A stretch of DNA of 64,000 bases from Tubulanus polymorphus (taxonomy: Eukaryota; Animalia; Nemertea), in contig NC_134029.1 of NCBI RefSeq assembly GCF_964204645.1, positions 3,844,001-3,908,000 on the forward strand, written 5' to 3'. A program made the translations under genes and the position numbers. Position 1 is the first letter of the stretch. Every line of letters begins with the position of its first letter. Positions 43,501 through 54,719 of the stretch are shown here, in pieces. The notes below the pieces were generated by a model that did no database searches, was not told the origin of the DNA, and was given only the letters and a program-made list of their open reading frames with translations.

Positions 43501-46500
43501 AACTGACCGCGTTACTCGATAAGTCGAAATCTGACTCGACAGACTTTGAGGTAATGCGATCCGTATTTTAGTATCGAAATATGCTGATTTTGTTGAATTT
43601 GTCACAGTTTTTTTTTTCGCCGGGTTGAAGCGCACTTAAATTGTCTACGAGAATTCGAGGTCGTAAAGCAATATGTTCGCAAGATGTTATAACGTTCAGA
43701 AGCTCAAAAGCCGTTAAATTCTGTTCGATGCCATTAATCCACGAATCCGTTTTCCTATACTTTAATCCTAAGGTTTTATTATGTCTAATAATTCTTGCTC
43801 GCTCGCGAGAGATCTAATGTACTTTTAATGCCAGACGTAAATTTCACGTGTCTCCTGATAACGTCTGAATGTGTTATTTCAGCGTCAGTTGTCATGTCTT
43901 GACTGCTTTTATAGCGGGATGTCTTAGAAATTGTTTTCCGGCTGAATGAAAATAATGGACGTAGACCCGTTGACTTATGGTTGTCAGTTTTTTTTTTTGC
44001 TTTCGTAGGCTATGTGTTTTTGCGTTGCTCTTGTTACGTCAACCGCTTACAACGCGAATTCAGTCACATCTGACAAGGCCGGCATCATCGCTGAAACTCT
44101 CTTTCAAGTTCACCAAGCCAATAATAAAGTTTGTATTTTCTCACTGGCTATTTCTTTGATAGATCCTGCGCAATATCTATTTTCGCTGTTTTGTAGTCAG
44201 AATTGTATTCGCCGCTCCGACAACCGCGCGACGGAGATATTTTTTTCCGGACGCAGACTTGCTTTCAAATTCGATGAATATGATTCAGTTCGTGCTTAGT
44301 TGTACATTACCAGATCGTGAAGAACTAAGGACTGCATTGTCCCTGTTCATAGCAACATCGAAATATATATTCAACTATTTTCTAAATGTATTAATTGACT
44401 ATATCTAAATGTTTATATTCTATGTATTTAACGGTATCATTATTTCGATTTTTATTTGACTGATTGTAGATTGCCGGAGTATCGCTTGCACTGGGACACT
44501 TGTGTTACAGTATGCGTAGAACAGGTCACTCTCTTGCCGACGGTATCCACGAGGCTTTATATTCAACCTGGATGAAGTCATTTCTCAATCAGGTAATTGT
44601 CATTTGAATATGATAGATATGAATAAAACCGATTTTGGACAATATTGTTTTTGGAAATTGTTGAAATGTGATTGTGCTGCTCGAAAGGATTAATGATGAT
44701 GTTATTTTCAGAAATCTAATGCCGAAGAGAGGTTTGTTTGTTTGTCTGGTTTGATGGGTCTCATCGGTTCAGAGCGATCGCTTATATCCGTAAGTATTGC
44801 ATAAATGAATAGCACGTTTTGTCGTATTCAAACCATTCCTGTCTGGTTTTCCTGAATGAGCTTCCAGTTTCCTTCCTCGCTTTCTCGTTGTTTGTCCAGG
44901 TACACAGCGATGTAGCCGTACACGGACTGGCGAATCGTAGTGAATTGATAAGATTGTCCACTCAGCTGATTACTAGCGCTACCAGCGATCCGACATTACG
45001 CGGTACCGTATCGTGGATGCTCGGTCACCTATACCTGTCCACGTCAGCCATAGTTGAAACAAGATCAAGTGGTTAGTACTTCGAAAACCCTCTCTCACAT
45101 AGATATATCCATTTCGTAATTGTATATGGTGGTGACGTGAAAACGTATTGTTTAAATATCAGTTTCGTCAAATATTTTTAACCGGACAATTATTCGCTAC
45201 ATTTTGAATGTCTATTTCAGTCCCAGCTAGTTTGAGTTATCTGCCTGAAACGAGTATCCTGCGAGCATTGGTAGATTTTGTCTTATCAGCCGGTCGATTA
45301 GGTATGTGACGAATTTTGTATATAAGTCGTTTAATGGAAAACACCGAGCCACGTAATATCCCATCACGACGTTAATCCATTGATCTGCCCATACAATATA
45401 GATGTATCGGTTCTACTGTTTTTTTTTGCTTTTCATCCAACGAAACGCAACTTATTGCAATTAAACGCATCGTATCGCTACTTAGCGATTGAGTTAATGC
45501 ACATATAAAGCACTATTTTTCCAGTTGCTTCCAATTGCTTCTGCTCAGCACTGGTGATATACGTCACGCCTTGAAATGCACCGTATCCTTTACTAAGTTG
45601 ACAACTTCGTAGGTTCGACTGCACGAAAATTGATGGATTTCAATATCAGTCTGTCACTGCATTAAAGAAACAGTGAATTATCTCATTTCGTGCAGGTCCC
45701 GAAAGAATTGCGGAAGATGTTTTATTGGGTGTTTTTGAAGCGTTACATGCTGCAAGTAAAGTTGGCCCAATACCTCCCGTCAATTGGCCCGGACTTCTAT
45801 CGGCAATTATGAGAATGCCATTCGGTAAGCGCTATAGTACAACTATTCATCCGCGGTTCTATCGATAAACCGTGTTTTGTTTCTCTATGAGTTCTGATTA
45901 TTTTCCAGGCGACGAAGTGAAATATTTCGCGCTGAAGCTCGTTTTGACGCAATGCGCAGCCGCACCTACAGCCGCCATGTTTATGGCGTCATGGATGACG
46001 TCACCGTTATTCGAGACGCTCAGTGTAATTATTGGTCTGTTCGTCGGACGAACAAAAATAATCTTCGTATTAATGTCAGAAACGGATCTGTTTCTATATA
46101 AGACATGAATTACGTGATAAGATGCTATGAATAGGGATTATTAGGCAAATTAGAGAACGTGATTTACGAATAGAAAATATAGGCGTATCTATGTCTCGCC
46201 GATATGAAAGTATTATATGTCATTAACTCTTTTTTATAGAAAAAGTGTCAGTTGGTTGTTTACGAATCGATGGCGGTATTGGTTAATTCGACGACAATCG
46301 GTAAATTGAAACCGTTTCTGCAACAGACGTGCGCGAAACCTTTCAACGACCGGCACATCCATGGCGGATTAGAAGTGATACGCGGACTCAGAGATGCGCT
46401 TCGAATTGCAAATCCTGCACAGTCGGTGATCCCGCTACTGTATGATCTATTGTCTTTCATCTACGAGGCATTACCTGGCGGTCGAACTAGCACGGTAACT

Positions 46501-48765
46501 TATATAAGACATGGTATTACACTCCGGGGACCGCAGTTACTCGCGCCTTTACGACCGACGTAGCTTTTAAAGCATCCCCCGATTGATGATGAAAATAAAT
46601 TGACCGAATTTCATCTAATGCACCGAAGAACGAAATGTTTGATTTATTGTTTTTTAGCCACGCGCTAAAACACAGCTAAATCCATCCGTATTAATGATGA
46701 TACTTTCGAGTATATGTTTAGGAAATGTATTTTTATAGCAGATTTGTCGTAGTTCTATGAAGTCGGATAATGTTTCAATGATCCCTGGAGGTCCAACTAT
46801 ATTTCGACTTAGACGCAATAAAGTCTAATATAAGGTTTCATTGCGATTACATTTTTAAAATCAATTTTCCGGAAATGAATTCATATAAAAGCGGCGCAAA
46901 ATGACATTTTTATGTATGATTGCTGATGTTTATTTTGTGACCTTTTTGACGGCTTTGATCCATTTGATATATACTTGTTACTTAATGTATTTCAAAAGAT
47001 CGTAAATGTGAAGATGTTTTTTTCGGAAACCTTACATTTTAAACCTGAATATTCTGGATACGAGGAAAACATGTTTAAACGTTTGAATTCATGCGACAAA
47101 ACACGTCAGAAATTGTGCTTCGAAGTTAAATGGATTCAAGGATTGGTTATGATCTACTGTTTTCTCTTCTATAGCTGTGTGAACTGATCGTTTTGTTTTT
47201 GTCGGCTTTTTAAAGATAGCAAGATAATCGGTGTTGTTATAACGTTGTAAACGTCGTCCATTTCAGCCGTATGCGATGTTAGATGCGTTGTGCGAATGTT
47301 TCGCTGAAGTGCCCGACGACGTTTTTGACGACATAACCGTCGCCGATTTTACGACGGAGGACAGCGAATTACGGGCAGCGTTTGTAAGATGTTGTCTAGT
47401 CGGCAACGGAAAACAACCCATCGCTCTAATTAACAGATTTATAGATCATGCTCTTAGCAATCCGGACTGGTAAATTGCTGTTTTCGCTCTGATCTGCGTA
47501 AAATCCGTATTTAATTCGTAATAACAATATCGCCTTTTTAAGTGAGTTTTAAGCTTCAATTTGTTGCTTGTTATTTTTAGCAATCGCGACGAAATGATTT
47601 GGTTTGTAAGTCAAAGTTTTCAAAGAATGGCTCTCGAGCATAAGGTCGAGTTTACTGGACCGATGCCAAGGCTGCAGTGGTTCTTGGAATACTTGGGCCA
47701 CGTGAAAAACACGCTCAAACGTCATGACGATGAAGCCGTGCTGAGTGCCGAGAAAAAACAAAAGGTGTGAGGAAGTAAATTAGTAGATTATTAGATTTTA
47801 TGATGACGTCATTTTTTCTTCTTCGCAAGAGGAAATTATATAATTTTGCAAGTTTGTCTTGTGAGAGATTGTGCGCAAAATGCTATTTCGTGAACAGTTT
47901 TGTAACGAGTCAACAACCGCTTAGATCCACCGGCTTGAAACTGCTTTGTGGTTTATGATGCGAGGCCTCATTATTGCCCTAACCTTTCCGTTATTACTTG
48001 CAGATAATAGAATTTGCCCTGAGAGTGTTTCTGATGGCGGTGCTGACGTGGTCGAACTCCGAATCGACCGCCTTAGTTCACTTGGGTACTCCTCTACACA
48101 ACGAGTCCCCGGCCAGTACTCCACTCGGTAGCATCACTCAGCAATATTTCATTTCGCTGATTCCGCAAAGTCTTACACAGTTCGCCAAAATCGAGCCTTG
48201 GAAACAAATAAACTTGCAGGTACATGTAATACTTCCTCGCATTTGTGACAGCTTTGCGAGGAAAAAATTCACCGGTGCCTTCGTGAAACACTGGTATAAT
48301 TGCCTGTAATAGATACAACACCATCTCTTCGTCGTGTCGTGAATTCTAGGTTTTTTTCCGGTTGCCCTGATAGACACAGAAGATCGAAGGAAATTATCCT
48401 AGTCTTGAAAATCTTTAAATTTTTTCTTTTATAGATAATTGACTGGCTGGTTATGTTACACGGGCTCGCGAAATCTGAACTGAAACTGCAGATAAGAGGT
48501 AGCAGCATCTCCGTTATCTTCGATCGGGCGGAATCCCTCTTCATTAGTGAAATAGCTTCGGGGAGGGATTTTCGTTAAAACCCGATATAGATCGTCTCTA
48601 TTTCAATTTTAGACGCAAACGTGTTTCACAATTTTGCGTTTCGTTTCGTGTATTAGCGAGACTTTTCAAATATTCGATTTCGATTTTTCAGAATGTGTTA
48701 CTGCTATGAGATGCTGTGAAGAATATCTGAAAATTATGACTTGGTCGAAAGTTGTGTTGTTGTAG
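7595..48765 (+). CDS. FOCAD: Focadhesin (FOCAD/KIAA1797 orthologue), 37 coding exons traced, about 1767 aa plus an unresolved first exon
   Basis: Phase-consistent exons: 7595-7666, 7784-7938, 8897-8998, 9097-9192, 9614-9809, 10279-10482, 10637-10727, 10901-11097, 11488-11760, 12031-12135, 12457-12683, 13792-13918, 14307-14365, 14483-14552, 14635-14775, 14872-15007, 15501-15698, 15821-15942, 16081-16173, 16529-16620, 16889-16930, 17166-17391, 42577-42825, 43335-43550, 44009-44128, 44470-44592, 44712-44789, 44900-45071, 45221-45301, 45696-45824, 45909-46024, 46240-46494, 47267-47469, 47581-47764, 48004-48219, 48435-48498, 48692-48765 (TAG); total 5304 nt. Peptides resemble vertebrate focadhesin in order: PHPFVTLLSNRPDIWP, LRPLTIRLFTILWQKQERCYPQL, LPRGIHHS, NKNPALRPSLA, SEWH..LVPQAW, GLGLGMFLGRLAEE, WMLGHLYLS, SYLPETS, PPVNW, KIEPWKQ. 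A candidate first exon is 7122-7151 (MDESPNFIPN|gttagt), uncertain. Confidence 0.92.
9306..9423. mobile_element. MITE of a CCAGTTC...GAACTGG terminal-inverted-repeat family
   Basis: Left end CAGGCTCCAGTTCGACAGT; the right end reverse-complements to CAGGAACCCAGTTCCGCAGT. Similar ends occur near 12313-12391, 20764-20834, 39847-39938 and around 13045-13060. Confidence 0.6.
10754..10785. mobile_element. 32-bp palindromic mini-element with 7-bp TSD (copy 1)
   Basis: ATCTCGC|CATGGACGTCCAAACTAGTTTATACGTCCATG|ATCTCGC. Confidence 0.8.
13558..13675. mobile_element. Tc1/mariner-pogo-type MITE, 118 bp, TA TSD
   Basis: TA|CAGTAATCCTCGC ... GCGAGGTTTACTC|TA; TIRs match at 11 of 13 positions; CAGT terminus. 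Confidence 0.6.
14189..14260 (+). tRNA. tRNA-Glu (anticodon TTC), inside a FOCAD intron
   Basis: 72 nt TCCCATATGGTCTAGTGGTTAGGATTCCTGGCTTTCACCCAGGCGGCCCGGGTTCGATTCCCGGTGTGGGAA. Anticodon arm CCTGG-CT-TTC-AC-CCAGG, T-loop TTCGATT, TTTT terminator at 14267-14270. Confidence 0.97.
24737..25804 (-). CDS. Class A (rhodopsin-like) peptide-type GPCR, 355 aa, single coding exon, antisense in the FOCAD 25-kb intron
   Basis: First ATG at 25804. Seven hydrophobic segments, N-terminal NNS sequon, TM1 GIVCN, TM2 LAVVD, TM3 MTVDRFLFVCHP, TM6 GNIP, TM7 SFAANFFIY. The motif pattern resembles invertebrate FMRFamide/sex-peptide-receptor-like orphan GPCRs; subfamily is inferred. A splice acceptor (tttcag) at 25848-25850 implies upstream UTR exons. 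Confidence 0.92.
   Translation of the reverse strand: MQQTNNSSYRAGEGSNPDIDLCVSQVTEMEHIGYVFIIPAICIIGIVCNILNLVVLNRLPSHALSYKYLTALAVVDLITMIFVIPIGFSRCRFCHVYDDVGYARRFYEIYIYLPISNISSTASVWITVAMTVDRFLFVCHPIKYKSYSFHFPKLLSACCILATGFNVPYFFKYTIALCNVKKLSSYGDSIYFEIFSWVKALLVKIIPVFSLSVLNSLLINAMWTQCTIKLPIINQQPSPTEQRRTKQQNKLTWTLIGTVFVFLIGNIPIIFAFRGIAEHMFGDPKSKIFSHFKLLANVLEISSFAANFFIYITCDKRFLRTLQRTFRCESKYESGTATTRYQANNFNVIARPLQQ
32153..32226 (+). tRNA. tRNA-Ile (anticodon AAT), inside the FOCAD 25-kb intron
   Basis: GGCCGGTTAGCTCAGTTGGTTAGAGCGTCGTGCTAATAACGCGAATGTCATGGGTTCGAGCCCCATACTGGCCA. Acceptor GGCCGGT/ACTGGCC, anticodon arm TCGTG-CT-AAT-AA-CGCGA, T arm ATGGG-TTCGAGC-CCCAT, T-run shortly downstream. Confidence 0.95.
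32414..32451. mobile_element. Diverged 38-bp relative of the CATGGAC mini-element
   Basis: GTTATGC|CATGCACTCTAGACGAAGAGAACGTTTTAAAGTCCATG|GTTACAC; imperfect TIRs, flanks match at 5 of 7 positions. Confidence 0.45.
35661..35734 (-). mobile_element. Degenerate tRNA-derived SINE head
   Basis: A-box-like GGTGCGAGTGG and B-box-like GGTTCAAACG at tRNA-like spacing, with no intact cloverleaf. Confidence 0.3.
41603..41904. mobile_element. PIF/Harbinger-like non-autonomous element, about 300 bp
   Basis: TTA|GTCGCGTCCACGC ... GCGTGAACGCGGC|TAA. The internal segment GACCGATCC..AGAACGGACCATTTCT..GAATAGAA has a diverged copy near 36600-36657. Confidence 0.55.
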
Positions 48766-48974
48766 GCGCAATGTTCACACATACGCCATCTTCGAAAATA
48801 ACGCATTGTGATTGTTCCTTAACGCATTTCGATTGATTCCTAAACATGTCCAAACGTCTATTTTGATTCTACGCAAAAGAAGAAGATTCGGATCGTGATA
48901 GTTAACCTTTATGTTATTTACTTTGGATTCAACCAGTCAGTACTTGAAGTACATCACTCTAGACTCAGTTACAG

Positions 48975-49006
48975 CGTGGACGTATAAACCAGTTTATACG
49001 TCCATG
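48975..49006. mobile_element. 32-bp palindromic mini-element with 7-bp TSD (copy 2)
   Basis: GTTACAG|CGTGGACGTATAAACCAGTTTATACGTCCATG|GTTACAG. Confidence 0.8.
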
Positions 49007-49254
49007 GTTACAGAGAGACTTTGGTTACATTTTACTCGACCCAGCGGTTTTGATCAGCAACTGTAGGGATGGTGTCTCATCTAGTTCACTTCATATTATT
49101 CTATTCCCATAAACTGGATTTGGTTCCAAACTAGATAAACCAACATATATTCAGAACGAGTTCACAGAGTACAAAAGTACATGTCGCTGTGAAAATATCC
49201 ATTACGTAATTTTGCCAGGACGTGTTTTAAACGTTTTAATAGTTTTTAATGGAT

Positions 49255-51291
49255 TTATGGATATACAACACTAGGTAAATTTCGTCGTTTTAACCATTGA
49301 TCGAAAAGCTGTTCGTATGTTACCAGCACTTCCCGCAGTACGAATCGAAACGCCTGCTGTACCGGCGATGTGCACATCTCTAGTATGGGCAACGACTGTG
49401 ATAACAAACATACAAATTCTTTCATATGAGGCATCGATTTCATGTCCTCGTGTGAGAACACGCTCAGCTGCGTCATCAGTCTATTGACTTCATCGTCATT
49501 CGGGAAGCGTTTCTTGCAGAAATTGGACAGTTTCGAAAACCATTCTTGAGCCTGGATTTTCACCACTTTCTCTTGTTGGACATCTTCGTAGTAGATTTTG
49601 TACGCTATGTCCTCTAGCATTTCTCGGTGGCGTTCGTATAGAAGGCCTGTAAAATGTTTAGCGCGTTTATTGTGGAATTCGAACCTGACGTACAAACTCC
49701 CTACATTCTGGTTTGGAAACTGAAAAGGAGTCCGGCCGGAAATCAACACAGATGCTCCTTGTGACTAAATGGGACAAAATCCAAGGTTCGTTATACACTG
49801 TACGTATTGTAATAGATGTGTCATAATATACTTACCTATTTGCCATCCAGTTGAAAAGGCGGCATATTTTCGATAAAAGGTCAACAGCTTCCGCGCCTCG
49901 AGTTTATTGACTTTTTCTGTGACTAGTTTATTTTGTTCATATTTCACCATGAGTAAATTCTGTTTAATATCATCCAAGGCTTCGTCCGGTGAACGGTCAT
50001 CTTCGTTCTGCGATGGTGAAGCGGCGCTTGTTTGCCTGTGCGCACTCAGCGTTTTGATCTGGTACGGCAATGTTTGCCATAACGGCTGAAATTCGGCGGC
50101 CGGATGCTGTTGAAGAGCTCGCCTCTGTTCATACGTCATGAAAGCCATCGCTTGGAAGAGTTTCTTCGCTTTCGCGCCGAACATCGATTGTGCACGTGTT
50201 TTCCGAGGCGGCGCTGTCGAACCGATTGCCATCAAGTCTTCCCAAGTCTCCACGATATTCGTGTTTTCTGGTGTGTCGAATTCGAGTTTTTTCGTCCGAG
50301 ATTTTGATGAACTGCGATTTCTGCGCCTCGATGTCTGGCAGGCCATCGATGATTCGATGATTCTACTCCTGCGACTGTGCCCCCCTCCTTGCTGACCCTG
50401 CAAGGCTAGCGTATCTCGTTCCTTACGTTGAAATCTCAGCGCCATTACAGCTTCTAAGCTTAGGGGTTTCTTTGTGCGTAGATCCTTTAAGCGCATGTTA
50501 TGTAACGAGACTAACAAAATGTGAATCGCTTCTAATTTCTGACGGAAAAATTGTAACTGTCGCTCCCTCTTTTGCGTGCCGGCTAGTGATGAATCCTCCC
50601 AGAGGTTGTCATCTTCTTCGTGCTGACTTCCGACTATATGCCTTTCAGTAACATTAGCTTTTGATAATTGGCGCATAATCGGGCCTTTATGCTTGAGTTT
50701 CTCCACGTCAAGCTGACTCTGTTTCTCGCATTCGTCGACAAATTCCTGATAAGGCCAGCCTCCACGTACGGCCACGACGCGCTGGGAAACTCTATGCACC
50801 TGTTTAAGGATCGGCTGCAGACCGCCTTCGTTAACGCGTGTCGTATGTTTCAATTCGGGTAAAGTTAGATTCCGACCGCTTTCGGTTTTGATGATCTCCT
50901 TTTTCGTGTCTTTATCGCTTTTCTGTATTTTACTGTCGATCTTACCGCGTAATATCAAATTTCCCGTGTCTCCGGCGTTCCAACCTGGTCGTAACGTGTT
51001 CAACGCCAGTTCTTTAGCGTCAGTGACAACGTCTCCAATCGGTTTATAAGATTCTGTTGACTGACTGAAAAATCCACGGGAAAGATTTCTCTGCCTGCGA
51101 TAGACGCTGTCCATCTGTCTATCACCTACATCGTGGGATAGGTATGTCTCCTGATTCCGAGCGCGAACATTCGTTGCTTTGTACGACGGAGCTGGAGGTA
51201 TCCGATGAAAGCGAAGATATTTCACCGTCTCTTGCTCCAGGGTTTGCGGTTCCCCGTTTTTGTGGAATAGCTTTGCTAAATACAACGCCAT
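49255..51291 (-). CDS. Uncharacterised two-exon protein (about 652 aa) with a putative CCDC60-like C-terminal domain
   Basis: ATG at 51291 in a caaaATGGCG context. Exon 1 is 51291-49836 (donor G|gtaag). Exon 2 is 49757-49255; an alternative phase-1 acceptor is at 49700. Two long ORFs join in frame. The C-terminal WFSKL...SLPILEMCTSPVQQAFRFVLREVL...FDQWLKRR recalls the end of CCDC60 (from memory, unverified). Confidence 0.8.
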
Positions 51292-51330
51292 TTTGGTTCG
51301 TTGATCGAGTAATGATGAAACTAGGGAACG

Positions 51331-51344
51331 GCTCTCATAGCAAC
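51331..51344. promoter_or_regulatory. RFX X-box candidate 40 bp upstream of the CCDC60-like ATG
   Basis: GCTCTCATAGCAAC fits the relaxed X-box consensus RYYNYYWWRRNRAC. A further GGCAAC half-site lies at 51371-51376. Confidence 0.5.
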
Positions 51345-51459
51345 GGTGGCCTTCCTTGCGCGCCCTTCTTGGCAACAGAGAATAGGCATACGTTACTAGG
51401 GTTTGGAAAAATCCAAGAATCACATAATTACATCAAATGATTAAATGTACATTGTCAAT

Positions 51460-51465
51460 TTTATT
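51460..51465 (-). terminator. Probable polyadenylation signal of the sGC beta gene
   Basis: AATAAA on the - strand about 127 nt after the beta stop codon, followed by U/GU-rich sequence. Confidence 0.5.
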
Positions 51466-51591
51466 CATATTTAGTGATTCGCATATTACTATACATTATA
51501 TCTATACACAGTCGGGTATTTTCCTTTCAGACATAAATTGCAATTCAACAAAGCCTTTCCCGTCTCTGTTTCGTGTTCTCAACATTAGTTC

Positions 51592-54500
51592 CTATATACT
51601 ACAGAGCCTGGAAGGTCTGCTTTCCATCGATGAACTGTTTTTCCGCAACAGCCAAACTTTCATCGGAGTTTTCTTGCCTTTCATAGAGACCTCGCCTCTG
51701 AATTCGAATTTGAACGATGCGTCGTAGTTGTTGGTCTGTTGCAGAGCGCTGAAAATAGGGATATAGTTCTTAAGTCATATATTTAATCGTCTTGAATACG
51801 AGACAGTCTTTCAAGTAAGTAAGTATTGCCCTCATGAAGTGCATTTATTACCTGTAGGCAAATTCTGAAATGTTGATGGCTCCTTTGTGTCCGGTCGTTT
51901 CTGTGCGACTAGTTAAATTCACCGTGTTTCCGAAAAGACAATAGCGAGGCATACGTTTTCCGATGACACCAGTTACAACCTCTCCCGAATGGATACCAAT
52001 CGTAATCTGAAACAACAAGAATTATGCAAACCTAACGCTTCAGCAGTCTCCACATATACCAACTTCTCTAATACTTTCTCGTAAATCTTATTAGAATGCG
52101 AAGATAATACACTAGTTTAGCACCCATGATATTGCGAACTCTCCCTTTACTAACCGTAATTCGTTGCCCTTCATCGTCTGTTATTGTGTTAGAAATATCC
52201 ATAAGGTCGAGTGATAGACGCGCAATACAACGGGCGTGGTCCTCACAAGGTTCAGGTAAGCCGCTCACAACCATATACTTATCACCAACCGTCTCAACCT
52301 GTTAACAATGATAGCGCAGATACAAATATATTAACCTAAAATTTAATGGATGCAGATTGTGAGAAAGTAATTTAGACGTAATCCAAGAATGTCAATATAC
52401 AGTACCTTATTTACAACACCAACACCAACGAAAACTAAAAACATTTATAAAGTTTCATAATGTTTTTACAGACACTTTGCTACCTTGCATTTATATCCCA
52501 TAGAGAGTACGTTACATGCAAGTCACTTGAATTATTGATACCTTGTAGACGTTTGGATTTTCTTTTGGATTCAGTTTCTCGTCGAATTTCGTGTAAATAT
52601 CGTTCAGCAGACGAACGATTCTCATGGCGCCATTAGGGTCGGAATTCTTCGTGCAGAATTCGCTAAAGCCGACGATACCGCTGAACATGATGGTGACGTT
52701 CTCGAACTTGTTTGGTGCGACCGGTCGTTGATGGCGCAACTCATTGGCGACAGAGGGTGGAAGTATCGAATACATCAAACTTAAGAAGAACATCAAAAAT
52801 TTGTAAATAGAGTATAAGTCTAGTTGATGGACACTATTATTTCACAAAATCTAATCCTTAATCTTTTTAGGCTTATTACAAGTTGGTTTCGGTACGAAAA
52901 GTCGTAAACTTCAATATGGACTTGGTGAATAATGGTTACCATCGAAGTTCCATGTATACACTTACTTGTCGGTTTTCCCCTTTTCATTTTCAAGCTCTTT
53001 ATGAGTTTGTTGTAGCTGATCTGTGAGGATCTCTAATTTTTGTGTCAGTTTGTATTCGGCTTCGAATTGTTCTGATAGCAGGACGAGTTCGCGTGTAGCG
53101 TCGTGTATCGGGATATCGCTGAGATAGAGACCTCGCCTTCTCAGGTCATCCAGAGTGACCACACTCGGAGAACAGAGGAACAGCATACAGTCGCTTTCTG
53201 GAAGGTAGATCATTTGACCTTTCAGTCGCATTTTGGCGTCCTCGGTGCTCGTAGTTACGTCTGGGTCGCTTGAAGTGATGCCATCTTTCGTCCGCAGTAC
53301 GAAAACGGTGTTGATATGCGAGAGGATGGTTTTGAATGTAAGATCCATCACTGGTCTAACCATATCAAACAATTCATTCACTGTGAATCCGTCATTTACT
53401 CGCGGCACGATCCGAGAAATAGCCGTGCCTGCCTGTTGAATAATCATATCCTCGTCAAACATAATGTGAAACGGGAAACATCGGGCGAACGTGGCCGGGC
53501 TTATCTTCGGTTCCTTCGAGAGCGTGTCCTCAAAAGCGTCTAGATCATTTTTCATACCTGAGCCATCGTCACCCTCTTCCAGAATCAAGAACTGAACGTG
53601 GTCACAGTCGTCTCCTTTCTGTTTCAAAATCTCGCATTTCACATTTTTTCCGTGCAACTTTTTCGTTATTGCCTTCACCAGTCCAACAACAATCGGTTCC
53701 AGTCCGGCGCGTTCTGAATAGTAATGTAATATCGTAGCTCCATCTTCTTCGCGTTCCGTGCACCGAAATGACGGCGCCCTCATTCCCGGGTAGATAGTTT
53801 GTAGGTGGTCGTGCAGGGCGTCTAGATTCTGCAAGAAATCCCGAGTGGTCGCGCCGAGTACTTTCAGCACCTTGTCATAGCCGGATTCTTGGCAGAAGTC
53901 GAAGAATTTCACACCGAATAACTCCAATATGTCGTTTGCGGGAATATCTAAATAAAAGGCATGAAAATCAACCCGTAATTTTCCCTATCCACTCCGGTAC
54001 CCCCCCCCCCCCCCCCTCACCCCTGATTGTAAGTTGTCTACATACTGAGAACCTTCGACGCTGCCGACACAAGATCGTACGACAAAGCGTCATCGTAGAC
54101 GAGACGTACTATGAAGTTACCGTCCATCGTTAGACCAGCTTGTTGTCTGTTCATGAAAAAAAAACAGCACCGGAGTTACCGGTACCCTATTAATACATAA
54201 ACTGTTCAAATTGATTCTAGATATGTTATCAACTATTCTATTTGAATTAGCTAGTCATTGTTGCCTTAATGTGTTTATATGAATACGGACACAGTCTTAC
54301 TTTATTTCCTCCCAGGTCTCGACGCCGAACTTGCGAATTACGAGAAGCTCCAAAGCGTGATTCACAAAACCGTACTGAAACGACATCGATTTATAAATTT
54401 GTCGAGGAAACCTTTCTAATAAACAGCTGATAAAAGTCGTAGACTGTAGAAAAAGTCTATCTTACGGACGCAAAGGCTTCAATTTAACCCACCCCACAAC

Positions 54501-54719
54501 GTGCTCTGTCACCTACGAGTAAGTTTTATTCAGTCAACCGCACTTTGAGAATATGAATTAAACAGGTTCTCCGTGCTGCTTAACTTTCGCTGAGAAGAAT
54601 GTACCAAACCATGTTATATACATTATAATAATATAATGGATACTATCAGCATCATTCTCTGAGCGCTTCACGTGAAACACCACTTTCTTCCAACGAGACA
54701 AAAAAAAGAAACTTACCAT
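51592..54719 (-). CDS. GUCY1B1: Soluble guanylate cyclase beta-1-type subunit, 8 coding exons, 617 aa
   Basis: Exons 54719-54717 (ATG|gtaagt), 54374-54301, 54146-54046, 53947-52966, 52779-52542, 52298-52155, 52006-51852, 51748-51592 (TAG). Protein starts [30 protein letters not shown] contains the proximal His and YYSER is the YxSxR motif; PAS/coiled coil [13 protein letters not shown]; cyclase VETVGDKYM and [16 protein letters not shown]. Confidence 0.96.

Noticed and set aside
51292-51423. 44-aa N-terminal extension of the 552-aa ORF
   Set aside because: It starts at GTG and overlaps the X-box region; the ATG at 51291 has a strong context.
54000-54016. Poly-C tract (another at 22942-22954)
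   Set aside because: Simple intronic homopolymers; G-quadruplex potential alone is not evidence of function.
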